A stretch of DNA of 64,000 nucleotides from Verrucomicrobiia bacterium (GTDB lineage: Bacteria; Verrucomicrobiota; Verrucomicrobiia; Limisphaerales; UBA1319): assembly GCA_963664225.1 (NCBI GenBank), contig OY760937.1, positions 320,001 through 384,000 on the forward strand, read 5' to 3'. The position numbers and the translations under genes were made by a program. The notes beneath the pieces are model-generated. The model was not told where the DNA came from and ran no database searches. It was given only the letters and a program-made list of their open reading frames with translations. Shown in pieces: positions 10,971 to 20,258 of the stretch; the first letter of the stretch is position 1, and each line of letters opens with the position of its first letter.

Positions 10971-12395
10971 ATGGCGCAGAGGATTGTTATTGATCCAGTG
11001 ACCCGGATTGAAGGGCACGCGAAGATCACCATTCATTTAGACGATGAAGGCAACGTGAGCGATGCCCGTTTTCACGTCACGGAGTTTCGCGGTTTCGAGC
11101 GATTCTGTGAAGGGCGTCCCTTGTGGGAAATGGCGGCGATCACCGCGCGGGTGTGCGGGATTTGCCCGGTCAGCCATTTGCTGGCCTCGGCCAAGGCGGG
11201 AGATCAGATTCTCGCGGTCACCATTCCGCCCGCGGCGGAGAAGTTGCGCCAGCTCATGAACCTGGGCCAGATCGTCCAGTCCCATGCCCTGAGCTTCTTC
11301 CATCTCAGCGCGCCGGATTTGCTGCTGGGCATGGATTGCGAACCGGCCAAACGCAACGTGATTGGCCTGATCATGGCGGATCCCGCGCTGGCCCGCAGCG
11401 GCATTCGTCTGCGTCAATTCGGCCAGGAGATCATCCAGATTCTTGGCGGCTCCAAAATTCATCCTGCCTGGGCCGTGCCTGGCGGTGTGCGTTCAGGTCT
11501 TTCCAAAGAGGGTCGTGACCACATTCTCGAGCGGTTGCCCGAAGCCAAGACCACGGCGGCCAACGCGCTGGCGATTTTCAAGAAGCTCCTGAAGAAATAC
11601 AAACGGGAAGCCCAGATTTTTGGCAATTTCCCGACGCTCTTCATGGGGTTGGTCGGGCCGGATGGCGAATGGGAACATCACATTGGCAAACTGCGCTTCT
11701 CAGACGCCGCAGGCAACGTGATCGACGATCAAATCGAGGCCTCCCGCTACCAGGAGGTGATTGGTGAAGCCTCTGAGTCGTTCTCTTATCTCAAGTCGCC
11801 CTATTATAAGCCCCTGGGTTATCCGGATGGCATTTACCGTGTGGGACCGCTGGCCCGCCTCAATGTGTGCAGCAAGTTCGGCACGCCGCAGGCGGATGCG
11901 GAACTGGCCATTTTCCGCGGGATGAGCGATGGCGCGGTGACCAGTTCGTTCATGTATCATTACGCCCGATTGATCGAAATCATCGGATCCCTGGAGCGCA
12001 TCGAGCAATTTCTGGGAGATTCCGACCTGATGTCCGACCGTTTGCGCGCGGACGCGGGCATCAACAAGCTCGAGGGTGTGGGCGTGAGCGAAGCTCCGCG
12101 TGGCACGTTGTTCCACCACTATCAGGTGGACGAAACGGGCCTCATCAAGAAGGTGAACCTCGTCATTGCCACCGGCCAAAATAATCTGGCCATGAACCGC
12201 ACCGTGGCGCAGATCGCCAGGCACTACATTCATGGCCCGGAAATCCCCGAGGGAATGCTCAATCGCGTCGAGGCGGGTATTCGCGCCTTCGATCCGTGCC
12301 TGAGCTGTTCCACCCATCAGGCGGGACGCATGCCCATGGAAATCGAGCTCTGCAACGTGCAGGGTGAGATCGTGGACCGCGTCGCCAGGTCGTAA
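10971..12395 (+). CDS. hoxH: [NiFe]-hydrogenase large subunit HoxH (group 3d)
   Basis: TRIEGH, L1 RVCGIC, EAPRG, L2 DPCLSCSTH plus a cleavable tail. Confidence 0.96.
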   Translation: MAQRIVIDPVTRIEGHAKITIHLDDEGNVSDARFHVTEFRGFERFCEGRPLWEMAAITARVCGICPVSHLLASAKAGDQILAVTIPPAAEKLRQLMNLGQIVQSHALSFFHLSAPDLLLGMDCEPAKRNVIGLIMADPALARSGIRLRQFGQEIIQILGGSKIHPAWAVPGGVRSGLSKEGRDHILERLPEAKTTAANALAIFKKLLKKYKREAQIFGNFPTLFMGLVGPDGEWEHHIGKLRFSDAAGNVIDDQIEASRYQEVIGEASESFSYLKSPYYKPLGYPDGIYRVGPLARLNVCSKFGTPQADAELAIFRGMSDGAVTSSFMYHYARLIEIIGSLERIEQFLGDSDLMSDRLRADAGINKLEGVGVSEAPRGTLFHHYQVDETGLIKKVNLVIATGQNNLAMNRTVAQIARHYIHGPEIPEGMLNRVEAGIRAFDPCLSCSTHQAGRMPMEIELCNVQGEIVDRVARS

Positions 12396-12418
12396 AAAGA
12401 CTGTTTTCCCGACGGCGC

Positions 12419-12865
12419 ATGAGCGCTCGCGCAATTCTTATTGTTGGTTACGGCAATGAATTGCGCGGGGATGACGGCCTGGGTCCGCGCCTGGCCCGCG
12501 AAATTCGCGCCCTGAATCTACCCGATGTTCACTGCATCGAGGCGCATCAATTGCTGCCCGAGCTGGCTCTGGACCTGGCTGCGCACGATGCCGTTTTGTT
12601 TGTCGATGCGATTCAAATCAACGCGGACGCGCCGGTTCAATCGACCCCATTGACCCCTGCCGCCGCATTCACCGGTCCGCATGTCAGCGATCCCGCGGGG
12701 CTGCTGGCGTTGACACGGGACCTGTATCAAAAATGCCCAACCGCCTGGCTGGTTGCCATCCCAGGCACCCAATTCAACTTCAGCGACTCCCTTTCTCCCC
12801 AAGCCGAAACAGCCCTGTCCCGTGCCATTGAAACGGTGAAAGCGTTGATTGCGTCGTTACGCTGA
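12419..12865 (+). CDS. hoxW: Hydrogenase maturation protease
   Basis: VGYGNELRGDDGLG, HQLLPEL, LFVDA; directly after hoxH. Confidence 0.9.
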   Translation: MSARAILIVGYGNELRGDDGLGPRLAREIRALNLPDVHCIEAHQLLPELALDLAAHDAVLFVDAIQINADAPVQSTPLTPAAAFTGPHVSDPAGLLALTRDLYQKCPTAWLVAIPGTQFNFSDSLSPQAETALSRAIETVKALIASLR

Positions 12866-13026
12866 CGCCTGACCCGGAGGGAGTAGGACAGGATGGGAAG
12901 TGGTGTGTTCGCAGATGGCGCGGAGTAATGCAGTTGGGGTGACCCGCCTGCCTGCACCCTCGCTGGAATTCCCTTGCAGGTATTCTTGACGCGGGCGGGG
13001 TGGAGGGGTATCGGTAACAGCATCAC

Positions 13027-14361
13027 ATGACCGATTACTTTATGAAAAACCCAATCATTACCCCCGATGGCTCTGCGCTCAGAACACGCCGCCAATTCAT
13101 CAAAACCTCCAGCGCCGCGGCAATGGCCGGTATTTTTGCCGCCAATTTGAGTTTTCCTGAAAAGACCTTCGCGGCCAATACGGACACGATCAAAATCGGT
13201 CTCGTTGGTTGCGGTGGACGCGGATCGGGCGCGGCGCTGAATGCGCTCATGGCGGATCCCAATGTCGTTTTGGTCGCGATGGGGGATGCGTTCGAGGATC
13301 GCTTGAAAAGCAGCCTGGCCAATTTGAAGGGCAACAAGGAGGCGGGCGCCCGGGTGCAGGTGGATCCGGACCATTGCTTTGTCGGTTTGGACGCCTACAA
13401 GAAGGTGTTGGACAGCGGAATCGACCTGATCATCCTCGCCACTCCTCCCGGTTTCCGGCCCATGCACCTCAAGGCCGCCGTGGAAGCGAATAAACACATT
13501 TTCACCGAAAAACCGATGGCCACCGATGCGGCGGGTGTGCGCTCGGTCATGGAGACGGTCAAGTTGGCCAAAGAGAAGAAACTGGCGATGGTGGCGGGTT
13601 TTTGCTGGCGCTATAACTACGGCGAACGCGCCGGTGTAAAACTGATTCACGAGGGGGCCATCGGCGATATTCGCGCCATTTATTCCACCTACAACACCGG
13701 CACCCTGTGGTGCTATCCGCGCAAAGAGGGTTGGACCGATTTGGAATCCCAGATGCGCAACTGGTATTATTTCACTTGGCTGGGCGGCGATCATCTCGTC
13801 GAACAGGCCGTGCACAGCGTCGATAAAATGATCTGGGCCATGAACGATGTGGCGCCCGTGCGCGCGGTGGCTCATGGTGGCCGCCAGGTCCGCACCGGTG
13901 CGGATTTCGGTCATATTTACGACCATTTCGAGGTGGTTTATGATTTCCCCAACGGCGCCAAGGGCTTCATGTTCTGCCGCCAGATGGATAATTGTTCCAA
14001 TGACAATTCGGACACCATCATGGGCACCAAAGGCGTGGCGCGCATCAACGGCTTCCGCAAGGGACCGGACATTCGCGGCGAGAAGAATTGGGATTTCGAA
14101 GGGCCGCGCCCGGACATGTATCAGGTCGAGCACAACGAGCTGTTTGCCTCGATTCGCGCCGGCAAGCCGAACTTCGACGGTGATTGGATGATCCAGACCA
14201 CGCTCATGGCGATCATGGGACGCATGGCCGCTTATACCGGCCAATCGATCACCTGGGAGGAGGCGCTCAATTCGAAGGAAAGCCTCATGCCTGAGTTGGA
14301 TTGGAACGCGAAAATCCCGACGCCAGCCGTGGCCATGCCCGGCAAATATCCGTTGATCTAA
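13027..14361 (+). CDS. Tat-exported Gfo/Idh/MocA oxidoreductase
   Basis: TRRQFIK twin-arginine motif, IGLVGCGGRG, EKP. Confidence 0.92.
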   Translation: MTDYFMKNPIITPDGSALRTRRQFIKTSSAAAMAGIFAANLSFPEKTFAANTDTIKIGLVGCGGRGSGAALNALMADPNVVLVAMGDAFEDRLKSSLANLKGNKEAGARVQVDPDHCFVGLDAYKKVLDSGIDLIILATPPGFRPMHLKAAVEANKHIFTEKPMATDAAGVRSVMETVKLAKEKKLAMVAGFCWRYNYGERAGVKLIHEGAIGDIRAIYSTYNTGTLWCYPRKEGWTDLESQMRNWYYFTWLGGDHLVEQAVHSVDKMIWAMNDVAPVRAVAHGGRQVRTGADFGHIYDHFEVVYDFPNGAKGFMFCRQMDNCSNDNSDTIMGTKGVARINGFRKGPDIRGEKNWDFEGPRPDMYQVEHNELFASIRAGKPNFDGDWMIQTTLMAIMGRMAAYTGQSITWEEALNSKESLMPELDWNAKIPTPAVAMPGKYPLI

Positions 14362-14390
14362 TGCGTGTCATCGCCTGATTAAAAAAGCGT

Positions 14391-15323
14391 ATGAAACAAA
14401 CCAATCAAACCATTTGTCGGCGTGATTTTATCCGGTCTGGAAGCGTGGCGCTCGCGGCAGCGACGCTGGCTCCATTCGCGATGGATTCCGCCAGTCCCGC
14501 ATTGGCCCAAACCGCCAAAAAACGGACGCTTAAAAAAGCCATCCACCTGGGGATGATCTCCGGGGATCAATCAGTGCTGGATAAATTCAAACTGGCCAAG
14601 GACCTGGGCTTCGATGGCCTGGAGGTCAACGGCCCGAACGATCCGCAGAAGGCGGAGATCCTCAAGGCGTGCGAGGCGACGGGCCTGGAGATTGCCAGCG
14701 TGATGGATTCCGTGCACTGGGCTGACACACTGTCCGATCCCGATGCGGCGGTGCGCGCCCGCGGTCTTGAGGGATTGAAGAATTGCCTGAGGGATTGCAA
14801 GGCTTACGGCTGCTCCTCGGTGCTGCTGGTGCCTGGTGTTGTCAATAAAAATGTGAGTTACGACCAGGTCTATGAGCGCTCGCAAGCGGAGATTCGCAAG
14901 GCCGTGCCGCTGGCCGAGGAACTCGGAGTCCGGATCGCCATCGAAAACGTGTGGAATCAATTTCTGCTCAGCCCGATGGAAGCGGCCCGGTATGTCGATG
15001 ACTTCAAGAGCGCCGCGGTGGGCTGGCATTTCGATGTGGGCAACATCATCAATTACGGATGGCCGGAGCAATGGATTCACATTCTGGGAAAACGCATTGA
15101 GAAAATCCACGTCAAGGAATTCAGCCGCGCCAAACGCGACAAGGAAGGCCTGTGGAAGGGCTTTGGCGTTGAATTGCTCGAAGGCGACAACGACTGGCCG
15201 GCCGTCATGAAGGCGTTGGATGACGTGGGTTATCACGGCTGGATGATTGCCGAAATCGGTGGCGGAGGCGCGGAGCGTCTCAAGGACATCGCAGCGCGCA
15301 TGGATAAAATCAACGCGCTCTAA
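14391..15323 (+). CDS. Tat-exported sugar phosphate isomerase/epimerase (xylose isomerase-like TIM barrel)
   Basis: RRDFI, GFDGLE, IENVWN, HFDVGN, IHVKE. Confidence 0.9.
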   Translation: MKQTNQTICRRDFIRSGSVALAAATLAPFAMDSASPALAQTAKKRTLKKAIHLGMISGDQSVLDKFKLAKDLGFDGLEVNGPNDPQKAEILKACEATGLEIASVMDSVHWADTLSDPDAAVRARGLEGLKNCLRDCKAYGCSSVLLVPGVVNKNVSYDQVYERSQAEIRKAVPLAEELGVRIAIENVWNQFLLSPMEAARYVDDFKSAAVGWHFDVGNIINYGWPEQWIHILGKRIEKIHVKEFSRAKRDKEGLWKGFGVELLEGDNDWPAVMKALDDVGYHGWMIAEIGGGGAERLKDIAARMDKINAL

Positions 15324-15358
15324 GCCCCGGTTGCGTTTAACCACAATTCAACCTCCGC

Positions 15359-16921
15359 ATGGCGACTGACATTTCCGGCAGGAATGGAGCGGGCCTCATG
15401 CGGAGGTTTTTGCGTTTTGGTTTTTGGTGTTTTGTTTGCGTGGGGGTGGCGATCGTGGTTTTGGTGGCCGCGTTCTATCTTCTGATGCAGCGGGCGCCTT
15501 CGTCCTACTCATTGTCAAGCCGCCCAATCCCACCCCCCAGCGCGGAGCCGTCGAGGGCATTGGGTGGGGGACTGGACGGCTTCGGTTCGCCTTATATCGG
15601 GCACACCGGGAGCTGGGACGGCAAGGGTGGGGGATTCGGCGGGTCTTCGAAAAATTCATCCATGGATTGCGAACGGGACATGGGCCTGCGCTGGACCTTC
15701 ATGCCGGTCTATTGGCGCGCCTTGGAGCCGGAGGGGCCTGTGGATCCCGCTCAAAATACGCCCGCCGCATGGCAGGAGTTGGACTCCTTTGTCATTGCCG
15801 CTCACGCCCGTGGTTTGAATGTCCTCATGCAGGCGCCCGTGGTGGGCGGTAACGCGGGGGGACCCCCTCGCTGGGCCGGGCGCCGCGAACCGGGCAAGTC
15901 CGCGCCAACGAACATGGTCGCGCTGGCCGATTTTGCGGGCAAACTCGCGCATCGGTATGCCCCCGGGGGAACGCTGGCCCAAGCCCAGGGCTGGGGCACG
16001 CGTTACGGGGTACGGGCCTGGGAAATGGATAACGAGCCGGAAGGTTACTTTACCAGTTGGACCGGGCAGTCTGGGGATTATGCGGAATTTGTCACGCTCG
16101 CTGCCGCGCGAATCAAAGCCGAGGATCCGCAGGCGGTGATCGTCGCGCCGGGCATGGCCTCTGGAAAAAACGGCCCGCCATGGCTCGAGGCCGCGCTCGA
16201 TGCCCAATCCAGGAAGGGTTCGCCCGCGTATCGCGCCGCCGCACGCGAATACTCCATTGGCCCGGTACTGGACGTGATCAGCATTCACAATTACGAGGGC
16301 CTGGATTCGGCATTCGGCGACGGTTCGCGCACGATTGGCCGGATCTTCGATGAAGTGCGCGCGGTGGTCGGACACTGGGAAGAGAGTCATCCCGATGCCT
16401 CCCGCGCCCGCAAGGAGGAATACTGGCACACGGAGGGCAATTACGATTTCTTGGGCATCCTGTCCTCGAGTCGGCGCGCGGCCTGGCGGTTCCAATTTTT
16501 CACACGCGCCTTTGCCTGCGGCATTCGGAAGGTCTGCGTGATGGACGCTTCCCCGCTGGAACAAGTCGCGGTGAAGGCCTACGTATCCACTTTGCAAAAT
16601 CCGTTTCCAATGATTTCGGCAGATCGTGAGGTCACTGTCCTTCAGGGTCAGCCTGTAGCCTTCAGGCATAGTGACGGTCCGAGGCCCAACGATGGGCGGG
16701 TATGGGTGATTTGGGCTGCCGCCAATACAGGGGATGCCGAGGTGGAGATTCCCGTTGTGCGTCCGCGCGTGACGGTGATTTCGGTGGACGGCTCCCAACA
16801 GACACTCGAAGCCAGCGGTGGACGCGTGCAACTGAACCTCAAAGGCGATGCGAAAATGGCGCCGGGTGTTCTGGTGGTGGACAGGATTGGGAAAAGGGCG
16901 GAATGGATGATGGATAATTGA
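15359..16921 (+). CDS. Membrane-anchored putative clan GH-A glycoside hydrolase
   Basis: WEMDNEPE (acid/base-like), DVISIHNY, YWHTEG (nucleophile-like). Confidence 0.65.
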   Translation: MATDISGRNGAGLMRRFLRFGFWCFVCVGVAIVVLVAAFYLLMQRAPSSYSLSSRPIPPPSAEPSRALGGGLDGFGSPYIGHTGSWDGKGGGFGGSSKNSSMDCERDMGLRWTFMPVYWRALEPEGPVDPAQNTPAAWQELDSFVIAAHARGLNVLMQAPVVGGNAGGPPRWAGRREPGKSAPTNMVALADFAGKLAHRYAPGGTLAQAQGWGTRYGVRAWEMDNEPEGYFTSWTGQSGDYAEFVTLAAARIKAEDPQAVIVAPGMASGKNGPPWLEAALDAQSRKGSPAYRAAAREYSIGPVLDVISIHNYEGLDSAFGDGSRTIGRIFDEVRAVVGHWEESHPDASRARKEEYWHTEGNYDFLGILSSSRRAAWRFQFFTRAFACGIRKVCVMDASPLEQVAVKAYVSTLQNPFPMISADREVTVLQGQPVAFRHSDGPRPNDGRVWVIWAAANTGDAEVEIPVVRPRVTVISVDGSQQTLEASGGRVQLNLKGDAKMAPGVLVVDRIGKRAEWMMDN

Positions 16922-16950
16922 AAATGGATTTGCGAAATACGCAAAAAGGG
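16900..16950 (+). repeat. ~50 bp dispersed direct repeat, copy 1
   Basis: GGAATGGATGATGGAT..TTGA.AATGGATTTGCGAAATA.GC.AAAAAGGG, matches 20259-20308. Confidence 0.85.
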
Positions 16951-16972
16951 TGCGTCGCTCCCAGAGAAATTC

Positions 16973-17159
16973 CGACGCTGCAGACGGTGAATCAAATTCG
17001 CATCCGGCATTGCAGCACGATCCGAATAGGCCCGAGGACGTGCTGAAGGTCGATGTGGACGAAGACGGCAACGGCGGTGATGATACGGCCGATGCGCTAC
17101 GATACCTGATTGCGAGCAAGGGGAGGGCGATGGCGGTCAGGAAACTGATAGGGGTGTGA
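16973..17159 (+). pseudogene. Probable C-terminal remnant of a phage terminase large subunit
   Basis: PALQHDPNRPEDVLKVD...GGDDTADALRY resembles the terminase nuclease end (DD..DALRY); upstream RRCRR* lies in a shifted frame. Confidence 0.6.
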
Positions 17160-17256
17160 TCAATGCAAAGGTCGGCGAATGGAGGCTGCCGATGATGTTC
17201 GATTTGTTTCCTGCGCTGAACGGCTGGCTCCCGTTCGCTGGACCGTATGGTTCGGC
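17158..17256 (-). other. Degenerate attC site
   Basis: R'' GCCGAAC, about 99 bp, R' decayed to ATTGATC; the upstream ORF reads through it (PNHTVQRTGASR). Confidence 0.7.
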
Positions 17257-17627
17257 CCTGTCTTGTGCTTCCAGAACTTGAAGCATCTCCAGTAGAATAT
17301 CTCGTTGTCGATCTTCACGCCCCACCAGTATGGTTTCAATTCGCAGATTGTCACGGGCAGATTATCATTCCTCGGACTAGTCGCCAGAACCCATGTGCGG
17401 TTTGTACGGTAAAAACTGCCGATGAAGTCACGGTACGATTCATCCTCGATTACAAGATCCAAGCTACCATGGGAAAAGTCCCAGCAGACATGGCCAATAG
17501 CCCCTACGCGGCCATCGTCTTCGTAGCGACCCACCGGTGACGGTGGTCCAAGCAACAACGCCAGCAGCGTGGCCGCAGCCAGTGACAGGGCTACGGCAAA
17601 TTTAACACGTTTGCGGTCTGAATACAC
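17160..17627 (-). CDS. Gene-cassette hypothetical protein (signal peptide or TM)
   Basis: GTG start 15 nt after the GTTAGGC of the upstream attC; ends within an attC. Confidence 0.7.
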   Translation of the reverse strand: MYSDRKRVKFAVALSLAAATLLALLLGPPSPVGRYEDDGRVGAIGHVCWDFSHGSLDLVIEDESYRDFIGSFYRTNRTWVLATSPRNDNLPVTICELKPYWWGVKIDNEIFYWRCFKFWKHKTGPNHTVQRTGASRSAQETNRTSSAASIRRPLH

Positions 17628-17642
17628 AGGTTGTGCGAATGC

Positions 17643-17740
17643 GCCTAACGCCAGAACTCACACACGCCGGGCCAATGACGTGAACCGGGAAGCGGAACTG
17701 CGACGGCCATCCGGCGTTGTGTGCAGTGATTTAGTTATGT
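17643..17740 (-). other. Intact attC site (98 bp)
   Basis: ACATAAC (contains the upstream gene's TAA)...CACACAACGCCGG...CCGGCGTGTGTG...GTTAGGC, an imperfect palindrome. Confidence 0.92.
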
Positions 17741-18184
17741 CTTGTCCCCATTTGAAAAATAAACGTCCCACCAAACTCCAATGCCGAGTTTTCCAAGACT
17801 AAGCATCTGCTGCGGGTTCAAACAGGGACCACCCTGTCCGCTGGATAGCCAGTATGAAGTGATGTCGATTTTGCAGCCGCGGCGGTGAATCTCCTCAACC
17901 CCTGCGGTCCTTCCTTCCAGCGAAGTTGCGATCATGTCAATGTGGCGGCGCGTATCCTTCGAGTCGCATAAATTCTTTGTGGTGTTAAACCACCCATTGG
18001 CTTTTCGGCGGAGTCGTCCCTGAAAATGGCTCTCTCCCTTCCGAAAACTGTCCGTTGGTTCGATCTGCAAAAGTTTGGTGATCTCCTCTGGGGCAAGATC
18101 GTCTGAAAATACTCGAAGTGTCGAATATGTCTCGATACACGTCGGATACGAATCGTCGTAGTCAGTGTGATGCGCTTCAGACAT
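17735..18184 (-). CDS. Gene-cassette protein, DUF4279-like
   Basis: ATG lies inside the GTTATGT core; LAPEEITKLLQIEPT motif; stop codon inside the attC R''. Confidence 0.8.
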   Translation of the reverse strand: MSEAHHTDYDDSYPTCIETYSTLRVFSDDLAPEEITKLLQIEPTDSFRKGESHFQGRLRRKANGWFNTTKNLCDSKDTRRHIDMIATSLEGRTAGVEEIHRRGCKIDITSYWLSSGQGGPCLNPQQMLSLGKLGIGVWWDVYFSNGDKT

Positions 18185-18330
18185 AACTTTGATAATGCGA
18201 CCAGCAGTCCGTAGCTTGGACCGGTCTGAACCCATTCTTAATTCGTCGCATATACGGGGTTTAAACCCTTTACCACTGCTGGTCAACATCAGAGGTTCGC
18301 CCCCGCTGCCTGGCCGGTGCGACAGCGTGA
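18181..18330 (-). other. Putative attI plus cassette-promoter module, copy 1 (no integrase)
   Basis: Homologous to 19926-20079; homology stops at CAAA-GTT; the core GTTATGT is the exact complement of the cassette's R'' ACATAAC. Confidence 0.7.
18258..18286 (-). promoter_or_regulatory. Sigma70-like cassette promoter TTGACC-N17-TAAACC
   Basis: Both hexamers and the spacing are conserved in copy 2 although the spacer sequence diverges. Confidence 0.7.
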
Positions 18331-18433
18331 GAAAAGGCTGAGAGCTGAGGGCAGAGGGCAGTAGTCAGGCCAACACGCCATTTCCAATGGCATGGGCACG
18401 AGATTAATGACTCCATGAGGGAGTGATGTTGTT

Positions 18434-19765
18434 CTATTTCCCGGTGTTTTCGATCCGGTAGAGGTGCGTCTTTGTTCTCAGGTAAATGGCTTTATCCTGG
18501 ACGGCTGGTGAGGCAAGGGAGCCTGTATCGAGAATGTTGGTGGCCAGAAGTTCGTAGGTGCGGCCTGGTTTAACGACAAAGGTTTTTCCCTGCTGATTGC
18601 AGAAATAGATGCGGCCATCGGCGTATATTGGAGATGAAGCATAGGCGCCAGCGATGCGTTCGCGCCAGACCTGGACCCCGGTTTCGGGTTCCAGGCAGGT
18701 GATCATGCCATCATCGCTGATCATGTAGAGGAGGCCATTGACGAGGATGGGCGACGCGGTTTTTGAAACCATCTTGTCATATCTCCACGCGACGTGCGTT
18801 TGGGTCACGTCCCCCTGGCCATCTGTTTTAACAGCCAGCATTTCTGTTTTACCGCCAAATCCCGAGATGAATATGGCCAGACCTTTTGTGCACACAGCCA
18901 TGGAGGATGCCGACCAGGCATCGTATTGAACACGCCAGAGTTCCCTGCCGGTGCGTGGGTCGTAGGAGTAAGCCGCCTTGGCCCCGGGAATCAGCATCTG
19001 TAATTTGTCATCGGTCCTGATGATGATCGGCGTGCTGTGGGCCTTGCGGCGGTCCCCGTCGCGAGTCATCTGGTCCGTGGCATTCTCGTCATTCCAAGCC
19101 ACAGAACGGTCCGTTTTCCACACGGTTTTTCCGGTGGTTTTGTCCAGGGCCACCATGTACTGGAGATCCACGCCGTCCATGGTCAGGATGAGCAGATTTT
19201 CGAAAATAATGGGGGAGGATGCGGGTCCGCGGTAGTGGCGGCATTTCAGGTCGGTGCGTTCCCAGATGGTCTTGAAGCTGGTGGAATCGATGCAGGCAGT
19301 GCCGTAGCTCCCAAAATGAATATAAACGCGGCCAGCTTCGATGGCTGGGGAAGGGGTCGCATAGCTGTTGACGGAGTTACCCTGGGACTCCGGGTTGTCG
19401 CAATGAAACAGTTTGTTGGTGAAAAGGACCTTGCCAGAATCGGCATCCAGGCAGAAGACATAAAAATCATGGCCGTCCACCGGCGCGGTTGTCAGCCAGA
19501 CCTGCTTGTTCATGATGGCCGGGGTGGACCAGCCGCGGTCGGGGATTTCCGTTTTCCAACTGATATTATTGGTTTCACTCCAGGTCAATGGAAGGCCGAT
19601 GGCCGGAGCATTTTCCAATGCCAGAACATGGCCATCACCCGTGGGACCGCGGAATTGCGGCCAGTCGGCCTGCAATTGGGCGCCACCCGCCAGGGTCAGG
19701 AGCAGGAATGCCATACAACCGGCTGTGGAGTAACCGTTTGAAGGTTGAACTGTGTCGTTTTTCAT
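18434..19765 (-). CDS. PQQ-binding-like (BamB-type) beta-propeller protein
   Basis: Signal peptide, DWPQFRGP, repeated SSP...G...W blades. Confidence 0.9.
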   Translation of the reverse strand: MKNDTVQPSNGYSTAGCMAFLLLTLAGGAQLQADWPQFRGPTGDGHVLALENAPAIGLPLTWSETNNISWKTEIPDRGWSTPAIMNKQVWLTTAPVDGHDFYVFCLDADSGKVLFTNKLFHCDNPESQGNSVNSYATPSPAIEAGRVYIHFGSYGTACIDSTSFKTIWERTDLKCRHYRGPASSPIIFENLLILTMDGVDLQYMVALDKTTGKTVWKTDRSVAWNDENATDQMTRDGDRRKAHSTPIIIRTDDKLQMLIPGAKAAYSYDPRTGRELWRVQYDAWSASSMAVCTKGLAIFISGFGGKTEMLAVKTDGQGDVTQTHVAWRYDKMVSKTASPILVNGLLYMISDDGMITCLEPETGVQVWRERIAGAYASSPIYADGRIYFCNQQGKTFVVKPGRTYELLATNILDTGSLASPAVQDKAIYLRTKTHLYRIENTGK

Positions 19766-19802
19766 ATGTTAAAAAGTGATAGCGATGCCTGGCATGACGT
19801 GA

Positions 19803-19919
19803 TCAGCCGCCAAAGCCAACGTCTCCAAGCTGCGCGCCGTAAAAATGAATGACCAGCAAAACGAGAACGACAGGATTCGCCAGTGCAACCGCGCGCTTCA
19901 ATTGTGGCGTTGGATTCAT
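19803..19919 (-). pseudogene. 38-aa ORF, probably a truncated cassette
   Basis: MNPTPQLKRAVALANPVVLVLLVIHFYG... starts 6 nt after the GTTCGAG core; no attC follows. Confidence 0.4.
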
Positions 19920-19925
19920 GGTTTG

Positions 19926-20079
19926 CTCGAACTTTGCTTATGCGACCAGTGGTCCAGATCTTGGACCGGGCAGAATCCATTAATAAATCGTCGCATGTAC
20001 GAGGTTTAGAGCCTTTTCCACTGGGGGTCAACACCAGAGGTTCTGTCCGCCCCGCTGCCTGGCCGGTTCGAGATCGTGA
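19926..20079 (-). other. Putative attI plus cassette-promoter module, copy 2 (no integrase)
   Basis: Aligns with 18181-18330; ends GTCGCATAAGCAAA-GTTCGAG. Confidence 0.7.
20003..20031 (-). promoter_or_regulatory. Sigma70-like cassette promoter TTGACC-N17-TAAACC
   Basis: Same hexamers and spacing as 18258-18286. Confidence 0.7.
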
Positions 20080-20258
20080 TGGGAGAAGAGGCCAGAGGGC
20101 AGAATGGATAATGGCAAGAATGGAAAATGGATAATGGAATAAAAAAGGCATTGACGCACGTCATCATAATGACCTTATTCCAAAGGAGCAGGGGTGTTGC
20201 GAGCGCCGGATTTATTGAAAGGTTTGAGAGGTGGTGCCGCGTGGGGTTGGCGCAAGGA

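Noticed and set aside
10971..12395. Selenocysteine-containing hydrogenase
   Set aside because: The L2 motif is DPCLSC with ordinary Cys codons and there is no in-frame TGA.
12727..14244. Long antisense ORFs (also 15656-17119, 40795-42000, 26087-27187)
   Set aside because: Shadow frames of well-supported genes in GC-rich DNA, with no recognisable motifs.
18185..18289. N-terminal 35 aa of the 184-aa ORF, and the similar peptide in ORF 19762-20151
   Set aside because: Both are translations of the non-coding promoter-attI module; the cassette gene starts at ATG 18184.
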